From Myxococcota bacterium (GTDB taxonomy: Bacteria > Myxococcota_A > Polyangia > Nannocystales > Nannocystaceae), in assembly GCA_039028615.1 (NCBI GenBank), contig JBCCHT010000037.1:32001-96000 (forward strand): 64,000 nt of DNA, in the 5' to 3' direction. Below, one piece after another: positions 39,011 to 49,106 of this stretch. The notes below the pieces were generated by a model. That model searched no databases. It was not told where the DNA came from and was given only the letters and a program-made list of their open reading frames with translations. The position numbers and the translations under genes are program-made. Every line of letters starts with the position of its first letter. Position 1 is the stretch's first letter.

Positions 39011-42000
39011 TGGCGACCGACGACAACGGCTCCAGCCCCTTCTTCGCCGGCCTGCTGCGTCGCGGCGCGACGGTGGGCCTGGTGGCGGTGTGCCTGTTCT
39101 TCTTCGGCCTCATCACCTACTTCTCGCTGCCGCGAGAGGCGTCGCCCGACGTCAAGATCCCCATGGTGATGGTGACGACGCCCTACGTGGGCGTCTCGCC
39201 CGAGGACATCGAGTCGCTCGTCACCATCCCCCTCGAGAACGAGCTGGCCGGGCTCAAAGACCTCAAGAAGATGAGCTCCACCTCGGCCGAGGGCGCGAGC
39301 ATCATCTCCCTCGAGTTCGAGCCCGAGATCGTCATCGAGGACGCGATTCAGCGCGTGCGTGACCGGGTCGACCGTGGCCGTACCAAGGTCACCGAGGACG
39401 CCGAAGACACCACCATCCAAGAGATTTCCTTCAGCGACCTGCCCATCGTGCTCGTCACCCTGGCGGGTCCGGTCGACCAAGAAGAGCTCAAGCGCCTGGG
39501 CGAAGAGCTCGAAGAGGACCTGCGGCGGATTCCGGGCGTTCTCGATGCCGAGCTTTCGGGCGGGCGCACCCGCGAGATTCGGGTCCAGGTCGATCCCAAG
39601 CGACTCGAGCGCTACGCGCTGAGCATGCAGAACGTCGTCGACGCGATCCGGGAGGAGAACGTCAACATCCCGGGCGGCGATGTGACCTCGGGCGACTCCA
39701 GCTTCCTGGTCCGCGTGCCCGGTGAGATCGAAGACCCTCGCGAGCTCGAGGGCGTGGCCATCAAGCGCCGCGGCGGTCGCCCCGTGTTCATCCGCGATGT
39801 GGCCCGGGTGGTCGACGGCTTCGCCGATCGCTCCACCTACGCGCGCATGAACGGCCAGCCCGCGGTCTCCATCGCGGTCAGCAAGCGAACCGGCGCCAAC
39901 ATTCTCGAGGTCGTGGACGCGGTCAAGGCCGAGACCGAGTTGCACGCCGAGCGCTGGCCGGAGGGCGTCGAGTACCGGACCCTCGGCGATCAGTCGAAGA
40001 TGATCGGCGACATGGTCAGCGACCTCGAAAACGGCATCATCACCGCGCTGTTGCTGGTGGTCGGGGTGTTGCTGTTCTTCATGGGCATCCGCAACAGCCT
40101 GCTCGTCGCGCTTTCGATCCCGCTGTCGATGTTGCTGGCGATGCTGCTGATCAGCGCGTTCGGGATGACCCTGAACATGATCGTGCTGTTTTCGCTCATC
40201 TTGGCGCTCGGCATGCTCGTCGACAACGCCATCGTGCTGGTGGAGAACATCTACCGGCACCTGGAGATGGGCAAATCGCTGCAGGAGGCCACGGTCGACG
40301 GCGCCAAGGAAGTCGCCGGTCCCGTTGCCGCCTCCACGGCCACCACCGTCGCCGCCTTTGCCCCGCTGGTGTTCTGGACCGGCATCATGGGCGAGTTCAT
40401 GGGCTACATGCCCAAGACGGTCATCATCGTGCTGGTGTGCTCGTTGGTGGCCGCGGTCGGCATCCTGCCGGTCATCACCGCCAAGTTCATGCGCCTGGGC
40501 AAGGGCAAGAGCCCCACCGAGGTGCGTGACGATCAGCTGCCGCTGTATCGCAAGGTGCTGGCCTGGTCGATTCGGCACCGCTACTTCGCCGCGTTCTTGG
40601 GCTTCGCCAGCCTGGTGGGCACCGGGGTCGCGTACGCCGAGTACAACCACGGCACCGAGTTCTTCTCCGAGACCGAGCCCAACCGCGCGACCATCTCGGT
40701 GCGGGCCCCCGACGGCACGGACATCGAGGCCACCGACTCCATCGTGCGCAAGATCGAGGCGATCTTGGCGCAGGAGGCCAACGTCGACGTGTTCGTCGCC
40801 GAGACGGGCGTGGGCGGCAGCGCCGACCCGATGGCGGCCACCGAGGCGGCCGAGAACAAGGCCCGGATCACCGTGGACTTCTTGCCCGACGCTTCGACGG
40901 CGAAGGAAGGCGAGAAGATCCGCATCGGGCCCACCAGCAAGACGGTGGACAGCCTGCGGCAGGCCTTGCTCGAGATTCCCGGCGCGGAAATCTCGATCGA
41001 AAAGGAGGTCATGGGTCCGCCCGTCGGCTCGCCCATCGCGGTCGAGGTGTCCGGCGAGGACTTCCACGAGGTGGGCGAGATGGCGGCCCGAATCCGCCGC
41101 GAGATCGGGGCCATCGAAGGCACCACCGAGCTGCACGACAACTACCGCGTGGGTCGCCCCGAGATGCGCCTGCGCATCAACCGAGGCGCCGCCAAGCGGG
41201 TCGGGGCGAGCACCCAGGCCATCGCGGGCGCCATGCGGACCGCGGTGGCGGGCACCAAGGCCTCGACCCTGCGCGACGGCGAGGACGAGTACGACATCAT
41301 GGTGGAGGTCGACCCGCGCTCGCGGGGCAACCTCCAAGAGGTCCTCAGCCTACGCATCCCCGGCCGCGAGGACACCAGCCCCGACACCTTCCCCGTGCCG
41401 CTGTCCACCGTGGCCAGCTACGAGCTCGCGGGTGGCAACGGCTCCATCTACCACATCGATCAAGATCTGGTGATCACGATCGAGGGCGACATCGCCGAGG
41501 GCTACAACGAGAACGAGGTCCGGGCGAAGGTCATCGAGTACATCGAGCAGACCGAGCTTCCGCCGGGCTTCGCCCTGCGCCTGGGCGGCGCCGACGATGA
41601 GCAGCGCAAGGCGCAGGAGTTCCTCTCGCAGGCCTTCCTCGTCGCTCTGTTTGCCATCGCCATCGTGCTGGTGAGCCAGTTCAACCGCTTCGACCTTCCG
41701 CTCATCATCCTCGCGTCGGTGGTGCTGTCGCTGGTCGGTGTGCTGTGGGGGCTCATCATCACGGGCACGCCCTTCGGCGTCATCATGACCGGGCTGGGGG
41801 TGATTTCCCTGGCGGGCGTCGTGGTCAACAACGCCATCGTGCTGCTCGACTATGTCGAGCAGCTACGCAAGGGCGGCGCCAAGCTCTACGACTCGCTCAT
41901 CCAAGCGGGCGTGGCGAGGTTCCGCCCCGTGATGCTCACCGCGGTCACCACCATCCTCGGCTTGGTGCCCATGGCCATCGGCATCTCCATCGACTTCCGC

Positions 42001-42279
42001 GGGCTTCGCATCGTGAGCGGGAGTCAGAGCGCGCAGTGGTGGGGTCCGATGGCGGTGGCCGTCATCTTCGGGCTCGCGTTCGCCACCGTGCTCACCCTGG
42101 TGCTGGTGCCGACCATGTACACCATCCTCGAGGACTTCCGCGGGGCAGGAGCGTGGATTCGGCGCAAGCTGGGGCGCGAGGCTCCGAGCAGCGTGGTGGA
42201 CGAGACGGCCACGACCATGCCCGAGGCTCCGCTCGAGTCACCGCTGCCCGAGGGTCCATCGGTCAAGACTGGCGCCTGA
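39010..42279 (+). CDS. RND efflux permease (AcrB/CzcA superfamily)
   Basis: LPREASPDV, GMLVDNAIVLVENIYRH, GVVVNNAIVLLD, RFRPVMLTAVTTILGLVP; TGATG overlap with the MFP gene. Confidence 0.95.
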   Translation: MATDDNGSSPFFAGLLRRGATVGLVAVCLFFFGLITYFSLPREASPDVKIPMVMVTTPYVGVSPEDIESLVTIPLENELAGLKDLKKMSSTSAEGASIISLEFEPEIVIEDAIQRVRDRVDRGRTKVTEDAEDTTIQEISFSDLPIVLVTLAGPVDQEELKRLGEELEEDLRRIPGVLDAELSGGRTREIRVQVDPKRLERYALSMQNVVDAIREENVNIPGGDVTSGDSSFLVRVPGEIEDPRELEGVAIKRRGGRPVFIRDVARVVDGFADRSTYARMNGQPAVSIAVSKRTGANILEVVDAVKAETELHAERWPEGVEYRTLGDQSKMIGDMVSDLENGIITALLLVVGVLLFFMGIRNSLLVALSIPLSMLLAMLLISAFGMTLNMIVLFSLILALGMLVDNAIVLVENIYRHLEMGKSLQEATVDGAKEVAGPVAASTATTVAAFAPLVFWTGIMGEFMGYMPKTVIIVLVCSLVAAVGILPVITAKFMRLGKGKSPTEVRDDQLPLYRKVLAWSIRHRYFAAFLGFASLVGTGVAYAEYNHGTEFFSETEPNRATISVRAPDGTDIEATDSIVRKIEAILAQEANVDVFVAETGVGGSADPMAATEAAENKARITVDFLPDASTAKEGEKIRIGPTSKTVDSLRQALLEIPGAEISIEKEVMGPPVGSPIAVEVSGEDFHEVGEMAARIRREIGAIEGTTELHDNYRVGRPEMRLRINRGAAKRVGASTQAIAGAMRTAVAGTKASTLRDGEDEYDIMVEVDPRSRGNLQEVLSLRIPGREDTSPDTFPVPLSTVASYELAGGNGSIYHIDQDLVITIEGDIAEGYNENEVRAKVIEYIEQTELPPGFALRLGGADDEQRKAQEFLSQAFLVALFAIAIVLVSQFNRFDLPLIILASVVLSLVGVLWGLIITGTPFGVIMTGLGVISLAGVVVNNAIVLLDYVEQLRKGGAKLYDSLIQAGVARFRPVMLTAVTTILGLVPMAIGISIDFRGLRIVSGSQSAQWWGPMAVAVIFGLAFATVLTLVLVPTMYTILEDFRGAGAWIRRKLGREAPSSVVDETATTMPEAPLESPLPEGPSVKTGA

Positions 42280-42303
42280 GCGGGCCGACGCCCGAACGAA
42301 ACG

Positions 42304-42339
42304 CGCTCGCTCGACGGTCATCGTCGGGCGAGCGTTTTT
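42304..42339 (+). terminator. Intrinsic terminator after the RND operon
   Basis: CGCTCGCTCGACG-GTCAT-CGTCGGGCGAGCG-TTTTT. Confidence 0.8.
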
Positions 42340-42365
42340 CGTTTCCCGAGCCGAAGGGGCTGGGT

Positions 42366-43262
42366 CTACGACGCGGCTTCGGCCGGGGCGTAGACCGTCG
42401 CGAGGAAGTCTTGGAGGTGGGTCGTCACCTCTTCGGAGTACTCGGCCGGGAGCGCATGGGTGCCGTCTTCGATGACCACCCACTGGGCCTGTGGGATCGC
42501 AAACGCCACCTCACGCAGGGCATTGAGGGGGATGAAGCGATCGTGGGCCCCCGCCATGACCAGGCTCGGCACGCGGATCTGCGGGAGGAGATCTGCGGCG
42601 GTATGGCGAGCGGCTTCGCCCAACATGTCGAAGAACAGCTCCGGATCCATCAACGCCATCTGGTCGAGATAGATCTCGAAGTCTTCGTTGTTGAGTCGGG
42701 CCGCGTTGATTTGATTCGTCAGCGCGCCGAGATCTTGGACCCACGGCGCGGGCAAGATGCCTCGCCACAGCCGCCGCGTCAGGCTCTTGGCTTGGCGCAT
42801 GGCGGCCCGAAACAGCGGCAGCACATGTCCAAATGCCTCCGTGCCCTGGAACGTCGCCATGCACCGACCACTGGGACCGGCGAGATCGACCAGCCCAGTC
42901 ACGCGATGCTGATGTCGTCGATACAGTTCCAGGGCGACCTGGAACCCCATCGAAAAGCCCAACGCGACCGCCTGGTCGATGCCACGCGCTTCGAGCACGG
43001 CCGCGGCGTCATCCGCCAAATTGGGCATGCTCAAACGCCAGGGGCGGGGCGGATCTGGAGATCGCCCATGCCCCCGGTAATGCATCAAGACGATGCGGTA
43101 CTGGGTTGCGAGATGCGGAATTATCCGACGAAAGGCCCAGCCACTACAGCCGATGCCATCGAGAATGAGGAGCACTTTGTCGTGCTCCATGCCGATATCC
43201 CGAACAAATAGAGACGCGCCATCATCTCGTTGGATGAAGACGTCCTCGGATCGTCCGGGCAT
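42366..43262 (-). CDS. Alpha/beta hydrolase
   Basis: YRGHGRS, nucleophile GFSMG, GAHDRFIP, GTH. Confidence 0.88.
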   Translation of the reverse strand: MPGRSEDVFIQRDDGASLFVRDIGMEHDKVLLILDGIGCSGWAFRRIIPHLATQYRIVLMHYRGHGRSPDPPRPWRLSMPNLADDAAAVLEARGIDQAVALGFSMGFQVALELYRRHQHRVTGLVDLAGPSGRCMATFQGTEAFGHVLPLFRAAMRQAKSLTRRLWRGILPAPWVQDLGALTNQINAARLNNEDFEIYLDQMALMDPELFFDMLGEAARHTAADLLPQIRVPSLVMAGAHDRFIPLNALREVAFAIPQAQWVVIEDGTHALPAEYSEEVTTHLQDFLATVYAPAEAAS

Positions 43263-43437
43263 AGGCAAATCGTCGGATGAGTTCGCCAAACGAGAACTCG
43301 CAGGGTTCAATCGAACGAGTCTCGCGGCCAACGACCGATGGTGCACCTACCCATGACAAACGGGGGCCCTGGGCGTTGCCAGTGCTCCCGCTGCCATTCG
43401 GTGGAGGGTCTCGGACGAGAGTCCGAGCCCAGTACAC

Positions 43438-43647
43438 TCACTCGGTCTTGCCACGCACGTCGTCGGGCGCGTCGTCCGCGATTTCGTTGACGCTCGGGTA
43501 CTTCATGATGTCCCGGCGGGCGATTTTCCACGCCTTTTGAACAATCCAAGAGAGCGAGCGATCTTGTCGCGCAGCTTCTTCTTGGATTTCCTTCAGCATT
43601 TGTTCGGGGAAGTACAGACTCTGCTTGCGCTTGTCCGAGCTTGCCAT
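43438..43647 (-). CDS. Myxobacterial small protein, TIGR04563 (MXAN_4361/4362) type, ribbon-helix-helix-like
   Basis: DKRKQSLYFPEQMLKEIQEEAARQDRSLSWIVQKAWKIAR matches the family as I recall it. Confidence 0.85.
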   Translation of the reverse strand: MASSDKRKQSLYFPEQMLKEIQEEAARQDRSLSWIVQKAWKIARRDIMKYPSVNEIADDAPDDVRGKTE

Positions 43648-43722
43648 TCGCGAGTTCTCCGAGCCGAAAATCGGCTTCTAGGGGGCTGTCCCAGCCGTAA
43701 ATCGGCTTCAAGGTGGGCTGTG

Positions 43723-43752
43723 AGGGTAGGATACGGTACGAATTCTTGTCAA
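43723..43752 (-). promoter_or_regulatory. Sigma70-type promoter for the TIGR04563-type gene
   Basis: Minus strand TTGACA, 18 bp, TACCCT. Confidence 0.55.
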
Positions 43753-43939
43753 CTCGGTACCGCAGTGTTGCGACCAGCGCCCGCGGACTACACCCCGACA
43801 CGTTTGGCCGGATTTTCGCCCGTGGGGCAGGCGCCGACAGGTCCACATCGGGCCGTGCTTTTTTGATTGTCGTCGGCGCTCACAGGCTATAGCTTTCGCC
43901 GTCTTGTTCGAGGGGATGTCCCTTCGACGGAGATGCTCA

Positions 43940-44314
43940 ATGGCTCTGACGACCGAGAAGCTTGAAGAGTTCCGAAAGATCCTCCACGAGAAGAGAGATC
44001 GATTGTTGGCGGAAGCCAAGCGGACCCTCGACCAGGAGATGGTCATCGAGACCGAGGAACGCATGGACGAGGTCGACCAGGCGTCGAGCGAGTACATGCA
44101 GGCGTTTTCCTTCCGCCTGCGTGGCCGAGAGCGCTTCCTGCTGGGGAAGATCGAGCACGCTCTGAAGAAGATGGACGAGAACGAGTACGGCCTGTGCGAA
44201 GAGTGTGACGACCAGATCTCGCTCAAGCGGCTCATGGCCCGCCCCGAGGCGCAGCTGTGCATCCAGTGCAAGGAAGCACAAGAGAAGGAAGAAGCCGTCT
44301 ACGCCGAGGATTAG
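43940..44314 (+). CDS. dksA: DksA/TraR C4 zinc-finger RNA polymerase-binding protein
   Basis: Coiled-coil tip DEVDQA (DxxDxA); YGLCEECDDQISLKRLMARPEAQLCIQCKE. Confidence 0.9.
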   Translation: MALTTEKLEEFRKILHEKRDRLLAEAKRTLDQEMVIETEERMDEVDQASSEYMQAFSFRLRGRERFLLGKIEHALKKMDENEYGLCEECDDQISLKRLMARPEAQLCIQCKEAQEKEEAVYAED

Positions 44315-44433
44315 TCGTCCCGGCGTGACCGCGTGAGTCGAGTCGTACGCTCGACTGCGAGGGCCCCGAGCGGAGGCACTCGTGCTCGAGCGTGCACCCA
44401 CGCGGTGACCGAAATCAGGGCTTTCGGCGGGCC

Positions 44434-45513
44434 TCAGGCTCGCTCGTCGCCCACCAGCGTGCGGAGGCGACGGATGTCGTCAGGGCCTCCGATGGCGATG
44501 AGCACGTAGCCGGGCTCGAGCACGAGCTCGCCCGAGGGCACGTAGTCGTTGTGCCCCTCGGGGTTGCGGACGGCGATGATCAGCGTGCCCGTGCGGTCCC
44601 GGATGCCGGCGTTGCGCAGCGACTCGCCGACCAGCTCGCCCGCTTCGCCGACCTGGGCCTCCTCGATGCGGAGGTTGGCCTCGCGGTCGCGGAGCATCTC
44701 GTCGAGAAAGCGGACGACCTGCGGGCGTAGCAGCTCCGATGCCAGCCGCATGCCGCCGATGGAGGCGGGGGAGACCACCGCGTTGGCGCCCGCTCGGCGC
44801 AGCTTGGGCGCGGCCGAGGGCGACACCGCCTTCGTCACGATGCGCAGGTTGGGGTTCGTCTGGCGGGCGGTGACGACGACGAACATGTTGGTCTTGTCGT
44901 CGTCCATCGTGGCCACGATGCCGCGGGCGCGGTCGATGCCGGCCTGGGCGAGGATCTCGTCCTCGGTCGCGTCACCGTGCAGGGTGAGCACGCCTTCGCG
45001 CGCCAGCTCGGTCAGGTTTTCTTCGTCCTGGTCGATGCAGACGAGCTTCTCGCCCATCGAGCGCAGCTCTTCGACCACGTGCGCGCCCGTTCGTCCGGTT
45101 CCGCACACGATGTAGTGGTCGTGGATCTCGTCCATGATCTTGAGGAAGCGACGGTAGCGTCGGACGTTGCGGAAGTCACTCTCCACGAAGAAGCTCGTGA
45201 TCGACGAGACGACGTAGAGATTGGCCGAGATGCCGAAGACCAGCAGGGCCAAGGTCCAGGCGCGGCCGCCCGCCACGCTGTCGAGGTCGAGCGTCTCGCC
45301 GTAGCCCACCGTGCTGATGGTGATCGCGGTCATGTAGACGCAATCGGCGAAGCTCCAGTGCCCGGGATCCTGCAGGTAGGCCAGGTACCAGTAGCCGGCC
45401 GCGCCCAAGCCCAGCACCGCGACGAGCACGCCGAATGCGATGATCACCCGCCGCCGCGTGGCGACGTAGACCTCGATCGGGTTGCTCGGACTGGTGTCCT
45501 CGGGCAAGGACAC
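44434..45513 (-). CDS. Potassium channel with RCK (TrkA-N/TrkA-C) domains
   Basis: Selectivity filter STVGYGE; HYIVCGTGRTG; GDATEDEIL..AGIDRA. Start approximate. Confidence 0.92.
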   Translation of the reverse strand: MSLPEDTSPSNPIEVYVATRRRVIIAFGVLVAVLGLGAAGYWYLAYLQDPGHWSFADCVYMTAITISTVGYGETLDLDSVAGGRAWTLALLVFGISANLYVVSSITSFFVESDFRNVRRYRRFLKIMDEIHDHYIVCGTGRTGAHVVEELRSMGEKLVCIDQDEENLTELAREGVLTLHGDATEDEILAQAGIDRARGIVATMDDDKTNMFVVVTARQTNPNLRIVTKAVSPSAAPKLRRAGANAVVSPASIGGMRLASELLRPQVVRFLDEMLRDREANLRIEEAQVGEAGELVGESLRNAGIRDRTGTLIIAVRNPEGHNDYVPSGELVLEPGYVLIAIGGPDDIRRLRTLVGDERA

Positions 45514-45611
45514 GGCGGGGATGATACCCGCCGTGGCGCGCTTGTCTGCGCCGGGCAGCGAGGCCGCACGGGGCCTCATCGGCGCGGGGTCGGGGCCCCC
45601 GGTTGCCCTGA

Positions 45612-46664
45612 GTGAGTCACCGGGGCGACACTGCCATCGCCGTGCGCCCCCACTTGTTCACGTTGCCGGGCCTGGGTTGGGAGATCCAGGGCTACGGACT
45701 CATGCTGGCTCTGGCTTTGTTGCTCGCGTGGGGGCTGACCCTGTCGTGGGGACGCCGGGATCGGCTGCCTTCGGGACCGCTGGGGACCGCGTTCGTCTTG
45801 GCGACCGGCTTCGGCCTCATGGGCGCTCGCTTCGGGTGGCTCCTGCAGCGACCGGGCGAGACGGGGGCGGGCATCGAGCTGTTCGCGCTGCGCAGTGACG
45901 AACTCGCGCCCTTCGTCGGAGTGACGGTGGCCGCCGTGGTCGGCGGCCTGTACCTCACGCGTCGACGCATCCCCGCCGTGGCCGGCTTCGACGTGGCTGC
46001 GCCCGCGTTCATGGCCGCGTTGATGGTCGAGCGGCTGGGCGCGTTGATGGCCGGTACCGACTACGGCCGGGTCGCGCCCGAGCTGCCCTGGGCCATTCGT
46101 TTCCCGCCGGGCTCGCCCGCGTTCCTCGAGCACCAGCGCACGTTGACGGGGATGTTCCCCGTCGACGCCACGCAATCGCTGCCCGTGCACCCCACCCAGC
46201 TGTACGGGCTGCTGGTGGCCGGAGCCGCCTTGGGCGTGGGGTTGTGGCTCCGCAAGCGTCGGACCTATTCCGGGCAAGTCGTACTCGGCACGCTCACGGC
46301 GTACCTGCTGGGACGCAGCTTCTTCGAGGAGTGGTTCCGGGCCGACGCCGCCGGGGAATCGCTGGGGCCGTTCAGCTCGGGTCAGGTGGCGGCCATCGTC
46401 TTGGCGGTCTCGATGGTGGTCATCATGCGGGCCCGTGCCGCCTTGGCCGTGCATCGGCCGGCGGAGTTTCGCCCCTGGGAGGGCGGTCGCTGGACGCCGG
46501 CCGAGCTGCAGGACGGTCGTCCGAGCCCCGGTAACCCCGGGCGGTCCGCGGCTCGCTCTCATACCGGGTCGCAGCGCTCATTGACGTCGGGCGCGAGCCG
46601 TCGGCGGAAGTCCAAGGCGAAGAACAAGGGCAAGCGCGGCAAGAAGCGTCGCAAGAAGAAGTGA
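45612..46664 (+). CDS. Divergent prolipoprotein diacylglyceryl transferase (Lgt-like)
   Basis: YGLMLALA, FDVAAP..RLG..G.DYG, LPWAIRFPPGSPA, PVHPTQLY, GRSFFEE.FRAD; Lys/Arg-rich tail. Confidence 0.8.
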   Translation: MSHRGDTAIAVRPHLFTLPGLGWEIQGYGLMLALALLLAWGLTLSWGRRDRLPSGPLGTAFVLATGFGLMGARFGWLLQRPGETGAGIELFALRSDELAPFVGVTVAAVVGGLYLTRRRIPAVAGFDVAAPAFMAALMVERLGALMAGTDYGRVAPELPWAIRFPPGSPAFLEHQRTLTGMFPVDATQSLPVHPTQLYGLLVAGAALGVGLWLRKRRTYSGQVVLGTLTAYLLGRSFFEEWFRADAAGESLGPFSSGQVAAIVLAVSMVVIMRARAALAVHRPAEFRPWEGGRWTPAELQDGRPSPGNPGRSAARSHTGSQRSLTSGASRRRKSKAKNKGKRGKKRRKKK

Positions 46665-46672
46665 GAGGCACC

Positions 46673-47329
46673 ATGGCGAGCAAGGGAACGGAGCGCCCGG
46701 TCGTGTTGCTGCACGGCGCCCTGCGTTCACGCGTGGGCCTGGTGCCCACCGCCCAGTGGCTGCGTCGTCGCGGCCTGCAGGCGACGCCGTTCGGCTATCC
46801 CACGCGCAAAGGGGACCTGCCCGCGCACGGGGATGCGCTCGCGCGATGGCTGGACACGCACTTGTCCGGGGGGCGCGTGCCCGTGCTGGGGTTTTTGACG
46901 CACAGCATGGGCGGGTTGGTCGTGCGGGCCTATCTCGAGCGTCACGCGGGCGAGCACGCCGATCGGCATCGAGTGGTGATGCTCTCGCCGCCCAACCAGG
47001 GGGCGAGCCTGGCCGAGCGCAACCGCAAGAACCCGCTGATGCGCTTGTTCTACGGCGACGCGGCCGAGCAGCTGCGGCCGCAGCGGGTGCAGCAGATGCC
47101 CGACGTTCCCGACGACACGGACGTCCTGGTGCTGGCCGGGGGGCGCGGCGACCCGCGTGGCTTCAACCCCGGGATCGACGGTGACGATGACGGTGTGGTC
47201 GGGGTCGACGAGATGCGCTTGTCCGGGGTCGAGCCCACCCCGGTCGGGGGGATGCACTCGTGGCTGCAGTGGCGACCGGCCGTGCTCGAGCGTGCGGCGA
47301 AGTTCCTGACCGAGGACGGCGAGTCGTGA
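46673..47329 (+). CDS. Lipase/esterase-type alpha/beta hydrolase
   Basis: VVLLHG, THSMGGLVVR, MLSPPNQGA, DDGVV, MH. Confidence 0.85.
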   Translation: MASKGTERPVVLLHGALRSRVGLVPTAQWLRRRGLQATPFGYPTRKGDLPAHGDALARWLDTHLSGGRVPVLGFLTHSMGGLVVRAYLERHAGEHADRHRVVMLSPPNQGASLAERNRKNPLMRLFYGDAAEQLRPQRVQQMPDVPDDTDVLVLAGGRGDPRGFNPGIDGDDDGVVGVDEMRLSGVEPTPVGGMHSWLQWRPAVLERAAKFLTEDGES

Positions 47330-48006
47330 CGCGGTTCGGGTCGGTCTGGCGGGCGGGCGTACTGGGCCTGTGGGTCTGTGCGCTGGCGTGCGGCGGGTCC
47401 GAGTCGAAGCCTGAGGGCGACGCGGGGGAGCCGACCAGCGACGATCCTCGCGCGGCCCTCGACCAGGCTCGCACGGGGCTCGCCGATCCGCAGCGGTATC
47501 CGTTCCGCGATGGCCTGAAGATCAACGAGGAGGCGCTGCGCGCCACGCTGATGCAGCTACGCGAGCGTCATGGGGCCCAGGTGGCGGTGGCCTACGCCGC
47601 GTCGATCGAAGCGCTGCCCACGGGGGACGCACCGACCGCGCCGCAATTCGAGGAACTGGCGGCCTTCGCCTTGCCCGATGACCCGGCCGCCCGCGACGTC
47701 GAGGCCATGAACTGGTTGTTCGATCGCGACGTCGAGGAGACGGTGCGGCGGAGCCTGTCGACCTATCTCGCCCTCCTGTCGCAGAACGACCTCGAAATGC
47801 CCATTCGCGACGTCGGGGTCTGGTTCGCGTTCCTACGCGCCGCCGAGCCCACGCTGAAGCGCTGCAGCCCGTCGCCCGACGACCTATGGCTGTGCCTCGA
47901 CTACGGCGCGGACGTGTTCGTGTTCGAGCTGTCGCGACTCGGCTCGGCGTGGATCGTTCGAAAGCTGCGCTGGCACCAGCAGCCGAGCACGGCCAACGAC
48001 CACTAG
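47326..48006 (+). CDS. Hypothetical lipoprotein
   Basis: GTGA overlap; LWVCALAC lipobox. Confidence 0.65.
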   Translation: MTRFGSVWRAGVLGLWVCALACGGSESKPEGDAGEPTSDDPRAALDQARTGLADPQRYPFRDGLKINEEALRATLMQLRERHGAQVAVAYAASIEALPTGDAPTAPQFEELAAFALPDDPAARDVEAMNWLFDRDVEETVRRSLSTYLALLSQNDLEMPIRDVGVWFAFLRAAEPTLKRCSPSPDDLWLCLDYGADVFVFELSRLGSAWIVRKLRWHQQPSTANDH

Positions 48007-48013
48007 CTCCGCG

Positions 48014-48997
48014 CTAGAGCGTCAGGTAGCCGAAGTCGATCGTCTGGTCCGCCTCGTTCGCGAGGTAGATGCGGTGGCGGCCGCCGAAGGGCGCGGGGCT
48101 CCACGGTGTGTCCGGGTGATAGGGCGTCCCCACGGCGCCCACGGTGCCGTTGGGGCTCGGCAGCTGTGCGATGTAGTCGTAGTCGCGCTCGGTGTCCCAG
48201 GCGATGGCCCGCGTGGCCGAGGGGCTGCCGGGCGGGACGAAGGACGCGTAGGTCCGAAACCACAGCGTCGTCAGCCACACCGTGTCGTTCTCCGTATCGC
48301 TGGCAAGGTACGACAGCGGCGCGATGCTGAGCCCTTCGAGCGTGATGTCGGGGATGACGGCCGAGTTCAACACGGCGCCGCCTTGGGTCAGCAGATCGAG
48401 CTGGGTCTCACGCGGGCCGAGCAGGGGATGCGAGTAGCCTCGCAGCAAGCTCGCCCCGTTGAACGCCAGCGCGTTGCCGCCGGGTTGGGGCACCGTCACC
48501 GCGTTGAGCTGCACCCCCGTCTCCGGGTCGATTTCCACCATCGTCGTCGCTTGGTTGAGCCCCTGCGACGCCCACAGCGTGTCCGCGTTCCAGTCGTACG
48601 CGAGACCGACGATGGTGTCCTGGCCGGGCGGCGAATCGTAGCGCAGCTGCTCGTCTCCGGTATCGAGGTTCAGCGCCACGATCGGGTCCGAGAACAACGT
48701 CTGCGTCACGATGAACAAGTGCGGGTCGGCACCCAGGCGCCCCACCGTCATACCCGTGCCCACGCCCGTCGTGCCGACGGGGTAGGGGAAGCTGCCCACC
48801 TGCTCGAACTGCAGCGGCGTGATGGCCTCGGCTGGATCGAACGCCGCCTTCAGCGACGTCGGCTCGGTCTCGGCGGCGGCCTTCGGCGTCTCGTCGAGCG
48901 TCGGTGTCGGGTCCGGCGCCCCGTCGTCCCCGTCACACGCGAGGCCGGCGACGAGCATGAACGCGAGGGGGAGGGCACGGCGACGCGGCGTGAGCAT
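48014..48997 (-). CDS. Lipoprotein, beta-propeller-like
   Basis: LVAGLAC lipobox; repeated GLAYD / ALAFN / AIAWD blade-like motifs. Confidence 0.7.
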   Translation of the reverse strand: MLTPRRRALPLAFMLVAGLACDGDDGAPDPTPTLDETPKAAAETEPTSLKAAFDPAEAITPLQFEQVGSFPYPVGTTGVGTGMTVGRLGADPHLFIVTQTLFSDPIVALNLDTGDEQLRYDSPPGQDTIVGLAYDWNADTLWASQGLNQATTMVEIDPETGVQLNAVTVPQPGGNALAFNGASLLRGYSHPLLGPRETQLDLLTQGGAVLNSAVIPDITLEGLSIAPLSYLASDTENDTVWLTTLWFRTYASFVPPGSPSATRAIAWDTERDYDYIAQLPSPNGTVGAVGTPYHPDTPWSPAPFGGRHRIYLANEADQTIDFGYLTL

Positions 48998-49106
48998 GAC
49001 CCCCAAGAGTCACCAACGACGCCGACGGATCACGCCGGATTTGGCGAAGGCGACGACCGGCCTCGGAACGACCGACGGGACCAAGTTCGTGCTACCGTCG
49101 TTGTCG

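Noticed and set aside
38386..41337. 983-aa antisense ORF, and similar long shadow ORFs (3249-5714, 23334-25373, 54722-57001, 60425-63031)
   Set aside because: They lie opposite well-supported genes and are expected stop-poor frames in high-GC DNA.
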